This document shows positions 1 to 10,893 of a stretch of DNA of 64,000 bases, one piece after another; the stretch's first letter is position 1; every line of letters starts with the position of its first letter. Position numbers and translations under genes: made by a program. The notes below the pieces were generated by a model. The model did not search any database and was not told where the DNA came from. It saw nothing but the letters and a program-made list of their open reading frames with translations. Source of the DNA: Leptolyngbyaceae cyanobacterium (GTDB lineage: Bacteria; Cyanobacteriota; Cyanobacteriia; Phormidesmidales; Phormidesmidaceae). The stretch is from contig CBDHHL010000032.1 of assembly GCA_965263355.1 (NCBI GenBank), positions 2,592,001-2,656,000 of the forward strand. The letters are read 5' to 3'.

Positions 1-476
1 ACACCCTGGGGTTTTAAAAGACCCTGGAGAGCGTTGCCAATTTGTTGAGTTAACCGTTCTTGAACCTGTAACCGTCGCGCATACATTTCACAAATACGGG
101 CAACTTTTGATAAGCCAATCACCTTACCATTAGGAATGTAGGCAACATGGGCACGGCCTAAAATCGGTAGGATATGGTGTTCACAAGAACTGAACAGATC
201 AATATCGCGTATCAGCACCATTTCATTGGCGTCTTCATGGAAAACGGCTCCATTCAGCAGTTCATCTAGAGACTGATGATAACCAGAGGTTAAAAATTTG
301 AGGGCTTTGACCACACGTTTTGGTGTATCGCGCAATCCTTCGCGGTCGGGATCTTCGCCTAAGCCTAGAAGCAGTGTACGTACGGCTTGCTGCATATCTT
401 CGTCTGAGACAGGGGCTTTAGCTTCAGTACTGATTAACTGGTTACGAATGTCGTCGGGAGAAAAGGATAAGGTCAT
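1..476 (-). CDS. folE: GTP cyclohydrolase I (3' end runs off the window)
   Basis: Manual translation from ATG at 476: [13 protein letters not shown]...[17 protein letters not shown]...[32 protein letters not shown]...[10 protein letters not shown], typical FolE motifs. Confidence 0.95.
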   Translation of the reverse strand, partial: MTLSFSPDDIRNQLISTEAKAPVSDEDMQQAVRTLLLGLGEDPDREGLRDTPKRVVKALKFLTSGYHQSLDELLNGAVFHEDANEMVLIRDIDLFSSCEHHILPILGRAHVAYIPNGKVIGLSKVARICEMYARRLQVQERLTQQIGNALQGLLKPQG

Positions 477-660
477 AATAACGAGTGGGTAATTTTGGGT
501 GGATTTATTAAGCTGTCGAGCGATGGCGAAGCCGGTCCAGAGGACCATCGCAAACCGATCAACCCCCTTCAGTCAAGAACTGAAAGACTGGTAACAATTG
601 CCGCATTGGGTGACAATTGCCCGTCAGCTAGCAATAGCGCTATCCCGACGAATTTTGAAA

Positions 661-1704
661 TCAGGCCAGGCATGCCGTCAGCTGTTGCTGAATGTCATCG
701 CCATTGAGATGTCGCCCGATAAAAACAAGCTGGTTTCGAGGAGGGGTGCGCCATTCTTCCCCATCGATAGAAAAACGCGGACCGCTCAGCTGAAAAATGT
801 TGCGTAGGTCGCTTTCCTCAAACCAGAGAATTCCTTTTGCTCGAAAAACATTTTGTGGAAGATTATTTTGCAAAAAGTGTTCAAACTTTTTTATCTGGAA
901 GGGGCGATCGCTCTCAAATGAAATTGAGATAAACCCGTCATTATCCAGGTGGGATGAATGGTGATGGTCATGATGGCTATGATCGTGATGCCCATGGTGG
1001 TCGTGATGCTCATGACTGTGGTCGTGATGCTCATGGCCGTGGTGATACTCGTCTTCTAGCCCAACATAATTTTCGGGATTGTTATAGCCGACATCTAAAA
1101 TTAGCCGCAGGGGTACCTGACCCTGCTGACTGCGCAAAATCCTTGCCCCTGCTTTAACGCTATTAAGATAGTCTTCTAACGTTTTCACTTGATCTGATGA
1201 CGCTAAATCAACCTTGTTAACAATTGTAACATCAGCGTAGGTAATTTGCTTGAAGGCGGCTTCACTCTCAAAATGATCGGGTGTGAAAGTTTCGGCATCC
1301 ACCATGGCAATAATGGAATCCAGTCGGGTAAGGTCCCGCAGTTCTGTACCCAGAAACGTTAGGATAATGGGCAGTGGGTCAGCCACCCCGGTGGTTTCAA
1401 TCACCATGTAGTCGATGCGGTCATCGCGCTCTAGCACCCGATAGACAGCATCCACTAGGTCATCGTTGATGGTGCAGCAAATGCAGCCATTGCTAAGTTC
1501 AACCATGGCTTCATCCATGGACACTAACAGCTGACTGTCGATATTGATATCACCAAATTCATTGACTAGGACAGCAACTTTTAGGTCTTTGTTGTTGCTC
1601 AGAATGTGGTTTAAGAGCGTTGTTTTACCACTGCCGAGAAATCCGGTGATAATGGTTACGGGCATTCCTCTTTTAGTGGAACTGGGAGCTATTGAGGTTG
1701 TCAT
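661..1704 (-). CDS. COG0523/CobW-family G3E GTPase (putative zinc metallochaperone) with His-rich insert
   Basis: GFLGSGKTT Walker A, GCICC, ETTG and NKVD motifs, His-rich linker, CobW_C-like C-terminus. Confidence 0.93.
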   Translation of the reverse strand: MTTSIAPSSTKRGMPVTIITGFLGSGKTTLLNHILSNNKDLKVAVLVNEFGDINIDSQLLVSMDEAMVELSNGCICCTINDDLVDAVYRVLERDDRIDYMVIETTGVADPLPIILTFLGTELRDLTRLDSIIAMVDAETFTPDHFESEAAFKQITYADVTIVNKVDLASSDQVKTLEDYLNSVKAGARILRSQQGQVPLRLILDVGYNNPENYVGLEDEYHHGHEHHDHSHEHHDHHGHHDHSHHDHHHSSHLDNDGFISISFESDRPFQIKKFEHFLQNNLPQNVFRAKGILWFEESDLRNIFQLSGPRFSIDGEEWRTPPRNQLVFIGRHLNGDDIQQQLTACLA

Positions 1705-2002
1705 GGTATGAAGTCTAGAAGATTTTTAGTAAGATAGCTTGGGCAATTGATTGCGTATAAAAGGTGCTGCTTGGGGTCTCTCCGAGTTCCCTTTCTGGAA
1801 GTAGTTCAGTTATTTCTTTTAGGCGTATTGGGGTTTCCCATGGGCAGGGCCGGAACGCCGCCCTGCAACCCAACATACTGAGTTATCCCTAATGGCATTA
1901 AGTTGAGGTTACGGCGGGGGCGATTATAAATGTTCTGGATCGATTTCTGCAGAAGATTCAGAGTGTGAGACTTAAATCATAAGATTATTGCTTAAAGAAT
2001 CC

Positions 2003-2842
2003 TTAGAGGGCCAACTTGCGGGTGTTGGGCGCAAGCATGGCCAACAAAAAAATCGCCAGTTGAACGGTAACAATACTGGGACCTGAGGGTAAATCGAAAA
2101 AGGCAGAAACCATCATGCCAGTGGTGGCCCCTAACGCACCTAAGCCCGCTGAAATTAGGATGTACTGAACGAAGGTACGGCTGAGAAGACGAGCCGCACA
2201 GGCGGGAATTACCACAAACGCGCTAATCAACAAAACGCCGATAGCCTTAATGGAAATACCCACCACCAAGGATAACAACACAATAAACGCCGTACGCTGG
2301 GCAGACACAGATACGCCCCGAGCGATAGCCATGGGCTCATGGAGTGTCAGAAGAATTTGAGAGCGCAACGTCAGCCCCACAAATATGACACATACCACCA
2401 ATAGCAATCCGCTAAGGATTAAGTCACTAGTTCGCATAGCCAGGATATCACCAAATAATAGATGGGTGATACCACCTTTATAGTCATCACGAAAACTCAG
2501 TAAAATAATACCAATGGCCAGGGAAGATGAGTAAACAATGTTCAACAGAGCATCGGTCCAGAGACGGGTGCGTTCCAGAAAATAGGTCACACCCAATGCA
2601 AAAAGAACCGCAAAGGGTAACAATACCCAGCCAGGATCCAAACCCAGCAGGAATCCAATGCTAATACCCAATAGGGCTGAGTGCCCCAAGGTATCACTAA
2701 AAAAAGAAAGCTGTCGGAGAACGGTAAAGCTACCCAATAGGCCGCCCATAAGTCCAGTTAGAACACTACCCATAAGTGCCCGATGCATAAAGGGCAGTTG
2801 AAACAGTTCAATCACACGGGTGAATTCAGCCTGGATTGTCAT
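2003..2842 (-). CDS. znuB: Zn/Mn ABC transporter permease
   Basis: Multi-TM ABC-3 permease (DTLGHSALLG, LLFGDIL, DLPSGPSIV); lies in a Zur-box operon. Confidence 0.9.
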   Translation of the reverse strand: MTIQAEFTRVIELFQLPFMHRALMGSVLTGLMGGLLGSFTVLRQLSFFSDTLGHSALLGISIGFLLGLDPGWVLLPFAVLFALGVTYFLERTRLWTDALLNIVYSSSLAIGIILLSFRDDYKGGITHLLFGDILAMRTSDLILSGLLLVVCVIFVGLTLRSQILLTLHEPMAIARGVSVSAQRTAFIVLLSLVVGISIKAIGVLLISAFVVIPACAARLLSRTFVQYILISAGLGALGATTGMMVSAFFDLPSGPSIVTVQLAIFLLAMLAPNTRKLAL

Positions 2843-2851
2843 GGTAAAAAC

Positions 2852-3616
2852 TTAACAAGAATGGTGATAGCGAACAAACTCAGAGCCATAGGCCAGGGAC
2901 AGGTTCTCTGGGGTAAGCGAATGTTCGGGGGTTCCCTGGCATAGGAGGGTACGATTTAGACAGAGGACGCGATCGCAACTGCGACGCACCATATCCAGAT
3001 CGTGAGAGATCTGCAAAATTGCCCAACCCTGCTCTTTTTTAAGCTGGTGCAGCAACCGGTAAAATTCCGATTCGTTATGCACATCCAATCCAGCAGGAGC
3101 CTCATCAAGAATCAGCAACCGACGAGGCCGCACTAGACAATAGGCCAGCAGTACCCGCTTTAGTTCTCCTCCTGACAACGCACTCACAAGCTTGTGACGC
3201 AAATACCAGGCATCCACCTGGGTCAATGCCTGCTCTACAGCGTGGCGGCGCGCCCGTCCACCAGCCCAGGGCAGCTGTATACCCAGCCGATCCCAGCCTA
3301 GCCCCACCAGTTCCTTTACCGTAATGGGAATACGGCGATCAAACAGAAAATTCTGAGGTAGATAGGCAATCTGTTGTCTCACCGCCGTTGGCAGTTTGCC
3401 TTTGGGAGAAAGCGGCTGCCCTAGGACAAACACCTCCCCCGACTGGCGTGGCAAGATTCCCAGTATGGCCTGGATTAAGGTGCTCTTTCCGGCTCCGTTA
3501 GGCCCCACAATCGCGGTATCCATGCCAGCTGGCACCGCAAACGATACATTCTGAACCGCTGCATAGGCCTCTCGGTAAACCGTCAACTCGTTGACGACTA
3601 AAACTGGATCGCTCAA
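2852..3616 (-). CDS. znuC: Zn/Mn ABC transporter ATP-binding subunit
   Basis: GPNGAGKST, LSGGE, LILDE motifs; C-terminal YHHSC. Confidence 0.9.
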   Translation of the reverse strand: MSDPVLVVNELTVYREAYAAVQNVSFAVPAGMDTAIVGPNGAGKSTLIQAILGILPRQSGEVFVLGQPLSPKGKLPTAVRQQIAYLPQNFLFDRRIPITVKELVGLGWDRLGIQLPWAGGRARRHAVEQALTQVDAWYLRHKLVSALSGGELKRVLLAYCLVRPRRLLILDEAPAGLDVHNESEFYRLLHQLKKEQGWAILQISHDLDMVRRSCDRVLCLNRTLLCQGTPEHSLTPENLSLAYGSEFVRYHHSC

Positions 3617-3652
3617 CTGCTCTCTCCTGGCCCCATAAAATCATCCTTCATA

Positions 3653-4912
3653 TTAAAGCCACCAATCGATGACGGCCACCGGCTGAGGTGACAAGAACGG
3701 ATACCAGGATTGCGTGGATGCCCCAAAGGCATTTGCCAGATTCTCAGCATTCTGGCGCATGGTGGTCAGATAGTAGTCTGGCTGTATCGCCTCTGAAGAA
3801 CCTACTGCAATGGGGTCAAACTCACTTACGTTAATGGAAAGGTCTTGTGCGACCGCCTTGAAAGAAGAGTCTCCAGCCTGGGGCTCGGTCATAATGGTTT
3901 TTAGACCTTCCGCCTGCACTGTGTCCACAACCCGCTTTACATCCTCCGGAGATGGACTTTCCTCGGGAAGACCCACTAGAAACTCGGCTTCTAGTCCATA
4001 GCTGCTGGCAAAGTAAGCAGCAAAGTCGTGAAACACTACAAAGGTTTGTCCAGCAAAGGGGGACAACATTTCTGTAATCTCAGCATCTAAGGCCTGCAGT
4101 TCAGTAATAAATGCAGCCGCGTTAGCGGTGTATTCAGCCTCTCCTTCTGGATCGACGGCAATTAAACCATCGCGAATATTTTCGACCTGTTCAATAGCTC
4201 GCTTGGGGTCCAGCCAGATATGAGGATCAAATTCACCATGGGCATGGCCATGAGCGTCTGCATGGGCGTCTTCGCCATGATCATCATGACCCTCTTCAGC
4301 GTGGTCATCATGGGCTTCTTCTCCATGATCATCATGACCCTCTTCGCCATGATCATCGTGGACCTTGGCTTCAGCGTGGTCGTCATGGTCTTCTTCTCCA
4401 TGGGCATGGCCATGATCGTCTTCTTTCGCATGGTCTTCTTCGCCATGATCATCGTGGCCTTTTTCTTCAGCGCCGTGCCCTTCTTCACCAGTGGCCAACA
4501 CAGCAATCTCCTCACTGGAGTCGATGGTGACCAGATCGGAATTTTCCGCATTCTCGATCATGTCATCTAAATAGAATTCTAGTTCCAGACCGTTTTTCAC
4601 CAACACGTCTGCACCGGCAACCGCCTGAATATCACTGGGTTTGGCTTGAAAGTCATGGGGACCGACATTGGTGGGTAGTAGCTGTAGCACCTCAGCGCGA
4701 TCGCCTGCTACTGCTTTGGTGAACTGGGTGATCGGCAAAAATGTTGTAACCACTTGCAATGAGTCTTCAGAGGCAGTTGCTACCTCTGAAGTGTCAGCAG
4801 CATCACTAGTGGCTGTAGGAGCAGTAGTTGTACAGCCGCCCAGGGTGATAATTGCCCCCAGCGCTATGATCGACAACTGTTGTACCTGCCATTGAAAATT
4901 CAGTCTAGACAT
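3653..4912 (-). CDS. znuA: Zn ABC transporter substrate-binding lipoprotein with long His/Asp/Glu loop
   Basis: Lipobox LGGC, PHDF, DPHIWLDP and FHD motifs; repetitive His-rich loop. Confidence 0.92.
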   Translation of the reverse strand: MSRLNFQWQVQQLSIIALGAIITLGGCTTTAPTATSDAADTSEVATASEDSLQVVTTFLPITQFTKAVAGDRAEVLQLLPTNVGPHDFQAKPSDIQAVAGADVLVKNGLELEFYLDDMIENAENSDLVTIDSSEEIAVLATGEEGHGAEEKGHDDHGEEDHAKEDDHGHAHGEEDHDDHAEAKVHDDHGEEGHDDHGEEAHDDHAEEGHDDHGEDAHADAHGHAHGEFDPHIWLDPKRAIEQVENIRDGLIAVDPEGEAEYTANAAAFITELQALDAEITEMLSPFAGQTFVVFHDFAAYFASSYGLEAEFLVGLPEESPSPEDVKRVVDTVQAEGLKTIMTEPQAGDSSFKAVAQDLSINVSEFDPIAVGSSEAIQPDYYLTTMRQNAENLANAFGASTQSWYPFLSPQPVAVIDWWL

Positions 4913-4960
4913 AACTGTGCTATCTCCAAAAACAACATTAATTCTTTTGGCTTTATCTTG

Positions 4961-6121
<1,161 letters not shown>

Positions 6122-6130
6122 TTAAAATCC

Positions 6131-6520
6131 ATGACTCAGGTTCACTGTACTCGGGCTCAAACAACAGTACTGCAGGTACTGCGGCAGCAGCCTGAACCGA
6201 CATCGGCTCAGGCTCTGTATACGCTTATCAAGAAACATCAGCGGATTGGTTTAGCAACGGTATATCGAGCCCTCGATGCGCTAAAGCGTATGGGAAAGGT
6301 GCAGCATCGGGTAACGTTAACGGGGGAGACACTCTACAATGCCGTGGAGCAGGACCATCACTACATGACCTGTTTGGACTGTGGGCAGTCGTTTCCTCTG
6401 GATACGTGTCCTTTGAAGGGGCTAGAGTTTTCACTCCAGCACTCCAGCTCATTCACAATCTACTATCACACCCTCGAATTTTTTGGCCTTTGCGAACCCT
6501 GCTCAGTTCAAGGCGGGTGA
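6131..6520 (+). CDS. zur: Fur-family regulator, Zur-like
   Basis: GLATVYRAL, DHHYMTCLDC, CP and YHTLEFFGLCEPC resemble cyanobacterial Zur/FurB; divergent from the znu operon. Confidence 0.8.
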   Translation: MTQVHCTRAQTTVLQVLRQQPEPTSAQALYTLIKKHQRIGLATVYRALDALKRMGKVQHRVTLTGETLYNAVEQDHHYMTCLDCGQSFPLDTCPLKGLEFSLQHSSSFTIYYHTLEFFGLCEPCSVQGG

Positions 6521-6682
6521 CGTTTGGGATTTAGCGGGCTAGAAAAAGGGGATAAGAATCACAATCATGCCCATAGTCTAAAATAGGAAGCACACCCTAA
6601 AGGCTCTAAGTGGTAAGCCGATAAGAACGGCGACACTTGGGCAGAGCGTCTTTATTTGGAAAGCATTTGGTGATGATGCAGT

Positions 6683-7324
6683 ATGACCCAAGCAGTTGAT
6701 TTAATACCCTCGTCGCCATCACCATTATCATTGCAAGATTTTCTTGTGTGGGATAGCGGTGATGATCGTCTATACGAATTAATTGAGGGTGAGCCGATGC
6801 CGATGAGCGATCCCACTGCTAATCATGAGGATGTGGCAGATAATCTTTGTGATCTTCTCAGGCTGCATTGTTTAGAAAAAAACTTGCCCTTCGTACCTAA
6901 GCGTTCCAAGTTAATCTCTATTGGTTCTCGGAATGGACGAGACACTGCTAGACGTGGCGATATTGTTGTTTTTGCAAAGGCTGAATGGGAACGGATGAAA
7001 GGGCTGTCTAGCTCAGCGATGGCTTATATTGCTCCGCCATTGGTCATTGAGGTGGTGTCAACAAACTGGCGAGATGATTATTTGACTAAGCTGGCTGAGT
7101 ATGAATCTATTGGTGTGCAAGAATATTGGATTGTTGACTATGGGGCGTTAGGAGGGATGCGGTATATCGGTCATCCGAAGCAATCTACATTGTCGATTTA
7201 TACTATGGACCCCGAGACAGGCGAATTTGGTATGCCACAACAGTTTCGCGGAGATAACAATATTAAGTCTACTGTTGTCCCTGAACTGGCAGTAACGGCC
7301 AAGACTTTATGGAAAGAAGATTAG
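6683..7324 (+). CDS. Uma2-family endonuclease
   Basis: YELIEG, PPLVIEVVSTNWRDDY, EYWIVD motifs. Confidence 0.9.
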   Translation: MTQAVDLIPSSPSPLSLQDFLVWDSGDDRLYELIEGEPMPMSDPTANHEDVADNLCDLLRLHCLEKNLPFVPKRSKLISIGSRNGRDTARRGDIVVFAKAEWERMKGLSSSAMAYIAPPLVIEVVSTNWRDDYLTKLAEYESIGVQEYWIVDYGALGGMRYIGHPKQSTLSIYTMDPETGEFGMPQQFRGDNNIKSTVVPELAVTAKTLWKED

Positions 7325-7563
7325 AGAGTACTGTCTTTTGGATGGAGGCCCCAGATGTTGGATACTCATCAGGGGATTGTGCGGGCGATCGCATCTCAGC
7401 CTGAGTCGTTTTTTTGTTGCTGCAGAAGATGGCCTGCTTGGTCTTTGAGATAAAGGCAGTCATCTTGTCCAGAGTCTTAATGAAGCTTGTCGATTAAAGA
7501 ATCTATGCAAGCCGTGAGAGGCTATAGAATCCAGCTATCCCCTCTTACACTTGGAGAAACGTT

Positions 7564-8610
7564 ATGAAGATTCTAGCGATTGACCTGGGCAAATTCAACT
7601 GTGTATCGTGTCTGCTGGACACGGAAAGTAACGCGAGTGAATTTGATACGTTTAAGACGTACCGACGGGAATTTAAAGAAATATTACATCGTACTCAACC
7701 CCACTTGGTAGTAGTGGAAACATGTTCGATTACCGGATGGGTGCATGATCTGTGTGTTGCTGAAGACTATCAAGTACTGGTGGCCGATCCGAGTCAGGAG
7801 GCGTGGCGTTGGAAAAACGTCAAACGCAAAACGGATAAAGACGATGCACTGAAGTTAGCAAAACTGGCGGCTCTCGAGCAGATCAACCCAGTGTACGTGC
7901 CTGCACCAGAGACTCGACAATATCGGCACTTGGTGAAGTATCGAAAAGTGGTGGTTTGGCGTATCAATCGGGTTCAAAATGCGATTCGTGCGTTGTTTGA
8001 TCAACACGGGGTGAAAATACCATCAGGTCACCGAGCCTGGACCATCCAGGGGATTGACGAATTAAGCCAACACCGCCGAGTGCTGGCGGAGTGCGATGAG
8101 CACAATCTATGGCGTGGGGAATTAGAGTTAGAATTAACGATGCTGGACCAACTATGGGAGCACCTGGCAACCATTGAACGGAAATTAGAAATACTCGCAA
8201 AGCAGGAGGAGCGCATCCAACTATTGCAGACCATTCCTGGGGTTGGTCGTAAAACAGCCGAAGTGATTGTCACTTGTTTGGATGATCCGAAGCGATTTGA
8301 AAATTCGCGGCAAGTGTGTGCCTATGCTGGATTAATACCCCAACAACATCAATCCGGACAAACCAATCGCTTGGGTAAGATTACTAAACGGGGACCAAGA
8401 TTACTCCGAACGGCATTAGTGGAAGTGTCCTGGCTGATGTTGCGTCACAACGAATGGGCGGCAGCTACTTATGCACGCATTAGTGGAGGACAGAAGACCC
8501 GCAAGAAAACAGCGATTGTAGCCGTTGCCCGGAAGTTGTTGGTGCGATGTTGGGCGATGTTGTTACACAACCAGCCGTGGAATCCAGAGTTAGCTCAGCC
8601 AACACCATAG
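7564..8610 (+). CDS. IS110-family DEDD transposase/recombinase
   Basis: AIDLGK, VVET, KTDKDDA, TIPGVG and YAGLIP..QSG motifs. Confidence 0.95.
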   Translation: MKILAIDLGKFNCVSCLLDTESNASEFDTFKTYRREFKEILHRTQPHLVVVETCSITGWVHDLCVAEDYQVLVADPSQEAWRWKNVKRKTDKDDALKLAKLAALEQINPVYVPAPETRQYRHLVKYRKVVVWRINRVQNAIRALFDQHGVKIPSGHRAWTIQGIDELSQHRRVLAECDEHNLWRGELELELTMLDQLWEHLATIERKLEILAKQEERIQLLQTIPGVGRKTAEVIVTCLDDPKRFENSRQVCAYAGLIPQQHQSGQTNRLGKITKRGPRLLRTALVEVSWLMLRHNEWAAATYARISGGQKTRKKTAIVAVARKLLVRCWAMLLHNQPWNPELAQPTP

Positions 8611-8976
8611 ATAACAAAATTTAGAAGAGAGATGGAGAGAACAAAGTGAGACTCTAGCATGAGCTTGAAGCTTCACGTAATCTGAAACAAGGTTGCCCTA
8701 ACGTTCGCGTAGCGTCTCCGTAGGAGTTATAAGCCATGCACCTTTGTAAAAACTCTTGAGACAATGCAATAGAACACACGTTCAAATAGCATTGACACCT
8801 CGGATAGTCGGTTAAATCCACTTTGCCCTCATTAATTCTCAATCAAAAAGACAGTCCTAAGAACAAAGGTAAATCATCTTGACTAACAACAAGATGAGAG
8901 ATTGATGTGGATAGAAAATGAGAGACTCTCCGAAAAAAATGCCGAAACCCACTTGACACGTTCACGGCTTCATAGT
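8611..8976 (+). ncRNA. Candidate bridge/seek RNA region of IS copy 1
   Basis: About 365-bp non-coding region after the transposase; guide-like loop at 8657-8739 containing AGCTTCACGT, the reverse complement of this copy's target; RNA ends unknown. Confidence 0.7.
8953..8976 (+). promoter_or_regulatory. Circle-junction promoter half (-35)
   Basis: TTGACA at 8953-8958 plus 17 nt, then T joined to the left end AGAAT gives TAGAAT only when the IS ends are fused. Confidence 0.75.
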
Positions 8977-9056
8977 CGTGAAGCTGAGCGGCGGCCAGGA
9001 ACTTTGGTATCATCATCTAAATTTTACCCTCCGTCTGTTCCTGCGCAGTGTTAGCT
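8977..9056 (-). repeat. attC site (interrupted by IS copy 1; remaining TTAA at 7494-7497)
   Basis: CGTGAAGCTGAGCGGCGG...TCCGTCTGTTCCTGCGCAGTGTTAGCT, same family as the other attCs. Confidence 0.8.
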
Positions 9057-9087
9057 GGTGTTCTCCACAAACCGTATCGTATTGATC

Positions 9088-9576
9088 TTAGGGCTCTTGG
9101 GCAAGGACTAAGATACGCTGATACAGCAGGGGACTGACACGAAAACCAGCTTGGTTGATCAAATCATCCATAATGGGTTGCACTTGGGGAATGAGGTTTC
9201 TTTGCTTGGCAACGAGCAAAATACCCAGAATACCGATTATGGATAGTCCAAGTTGAAGGGCTTGTTGCCGTCCCAAGCGCTCATCAATAAGCAGATCATC
9301 GGCTTGTAGCTCAAGTGCCAGCGCGATCGCACTCGCTTCTCCTGCATCCAGTCCTCGGTCTTGTTGTAATTGATTGGCAAGTTGAAGATTGCTAAGGGAT
9401 TGCGTTTGAATCCAGTCTAATTGCAGAATGCTTGAAATGGTTGGATTACTGGCGGTTGCGAGTTCGCTGGCAACAACGTCTGGAATAATTACGGTTTGGT
9501 AAATTGACTCTAGCAGCCAGAGATGATTGACAAGGGCAAGATTGCTGAGGGCAGAAGTATCGCTGACGACGATCAT
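9088..9576 (-). CDS. PIN-domain toxin (DUF3368-like)
   Basis: MIVVSDTS, LDAGEASAIALA, LLIDERLGR. Confidence 0.88.
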   Translation of the reverse strand: MIVVSDTSALSNLALVNHLWLLESIYQTVIIPDVVASELATASNPTISSILQLDWIQTQSLSNLQLANQLQQDRGLDAGEASAIALALELQADDLLIDERLGRQQALQLGLSIIGILGILLVAKQRNLIPQVQPIMDDLINQAGFRVSPLLYQRILVLAQEP

Positions 9577-9833
9577 AGCCAGCCCCGCTCGCGCAGGTGC
9601 TGAACATCTTGCTCAAGGTCTTCTACATCGTAGTGAACACAGATGCCCCGATCTGCCAGTAATTTCTGAAACGGGATGATTTCCATTCCAGCAATTTTGC
9701 TGGCGCGACTGAGGGAAATCAGCTCTTGTTGAAACAGTGCGATCGCAATTTCCCGAAACCAGTCGCTCTGATTAAAAGTTTCGGTTTGACTGAGATTATC
9801 AGGTAGGTTCAGAGTAATTTGCATAGGGTTCAC
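9573..9833 (-). CDS. UPF0175-family antitoxin
   Basis: AIALFQQELISLSRASKIAG...YDVEDLEQD; 4-bp overlap with the PIN gene. Confidence 0.85.
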   Translation of the reverse strand: MNPMQITLNLPDNLSQTETFNQSDWFREIAIALFQQELISLSRASKIAGMEIIPFQKLLADRGICVHYDVEDLEQDVQHLRERGWL

Positions 9834-9970
9834 CTGTAAATGGAAGCTCGTTGAGCCTACATTCTCAATTTTAACCTGTGCCTAACTTCAGTTGTGCCAT
9901 CGACTACATAACCCGCAGCAGGAATTATGCCAAATCTTCAAGTTATCACCTCAGCCGAATTCAAGGAGCT

Positions 9971-10052
9971 AGCTAACGAGGAACTGAGCGGCGGGCAATA
10001 CTTTTGCCTCTACCTGGACTTTAAATCCGTCCGCTCCTTCACAGAGTTAGAC
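9971..10052 (-). repeat. attC site
   Basis: AGCTAAC...CTGAGCGGCGGG...TCCGTCCGCTCC...GTTAGAC imperfect palindrome. Confidence 0.85.
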
Positions 10053-10076
10053 GGCAAGAGCGATCGCACCTCGCCT

Positions 10077-10106
10077 GTAGGTTGGGTTGAGTTAGCGAAA
10101 CCCAAC
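10077..10106 (+). repeat. GTAG-type REP
   Basis: GTAG-GTTGGGTT-GAGTTAGCGA-AACCCAAC next to HIP1 at 10060. Confidence 0.85.
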
Positions 10107-10123
10107 AATATCAGAATATTCAC

Positions 10124-10669
10124 CTAATCCCAATCCATCTTTTCCATCATTTTAATTTCTCCACCAGCACCCCAATCACTCGGATAATACCCCCGCTCAA
10201 CATACCCATGAAAACTTGAATACGATCAATCGCAGCACGGAGAGTCAACTAACTGGTGACTGACCGGATTATAGTGAATATAGTCAACATGTCGTGAAAA
10301 ATCTTTTTCATCGCGAATCTGATGCTCCCAAAATCGACGCTGCCAGATAGCTTGTTCTTTTTTCGTCTGGCGGCTTGATGACCGTTGTCGCTTGTAATGT
10401 GCTGGGCAATGTCAGCTGAAATACGTCTTAATCAATCGCCAACGGGTGGAAAAATCGGCATCTCCGTCGGGCAAGGTCCAGATGCAATGTAGATGGTCGG
10501 GTAGTACCACAATTGCGTCAATATTAAACGGATGACGTTGTTTGACGGTGTGGAAGGCTTCGCGCAGTAGTTGAATCGTTTGCTCAGTTTTGAAGAGGTG
10601 CTGGCGGTTGTAGGTGACTACGGTGAAGAAGTAGGTTGCACCGGGTGTGGTGGCGCGGCGGTATTGCAT
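10124..10669 (-). pseudogene. REP-associated tyrosine transposase (RAYT), copy 1, two in-frame stops
   Basis: TYFFTVVT and PDHLH (HUH); frame continues past the TGA at 10412 with IWQRRFWEHQIRD...YIHYNPV; second TGA near 10226. Confidence 0.9.
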
Positions 10670-10731
10670 GGGGGTGGCCTATCGGGTGTAGGTTTAGGAT
10701 AGGCAGGATGAGGGCTAGGATAACTGTGGGT

Positions 10732-10760
10732 GTTGGGTTTCATGATTCAACCCAACCTAC
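10732..10760 (-). repeat. GTAG-type REP (inverted relative to 10077)
   Basis: Minus strand GTAGGTTGGGTTGAATCATGAAACCCAAC. Confidence 0.85.
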
Positions 10761-10798
10761 GGCGAGGTGCGATCGCTCTACGGCGAGGTGCGATCGCT

Positions 10799-10893
10799 CT
10801 GGTTAAACATTCCGAGGCTCACATCCCCTGAAAACTAACGGAAAGAGACAGTTGGGAGTCTCTTCGCCTCCTCTGAGCGATTTCGAGTCGCGC
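10799..10893 (-). mobile_element. 5' remnant of a group II intron
   Basis: About 95 nt clearly homologous to 24821-24916 (GCGCGACTCGAA...GAGACTCCCAA...CCTCGGAATGTT.AACCAG); follows GTTAGAC; truncated at HIP1 10790-10797. Confidence 0.85.

Larger units (their letters stand above)
7498..8976 (+). mobile_element. IS110-family (IS1111-type) element, copy 1, inserted in an attC
   Basis: Near-identical to 16638-18093; subterminal IRs CTATGCAAGCCGTGA (7503-7517) and TCACGGCTTCATAG (8962-8975); no target duplication; removal restores TTAA|CGTGAAGCTGAGCGG. Confidence 0.92.

Noticed and set aside
477..660. Riboswitch upstream of folE
   Set aside because: Hairpins are present but I could not match any riboswitch consensus
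4162..4570. Met-rich ORFs overlapping znuA
   Set aside because: Alternative frames of the His-rich loop
7269..7463. 64-aa ORF as a final cassette gene
   Set aside because: Position is suggestive, but it overlaps the Uma2 gene, has no recognisable motif and no downstream attC
8874..8897. Hairpin with CTAAC loop as the IS target guide
   Set aside because: Only a 5-nt match and identical in both copies; the 8657-8739 loop explains the targets better
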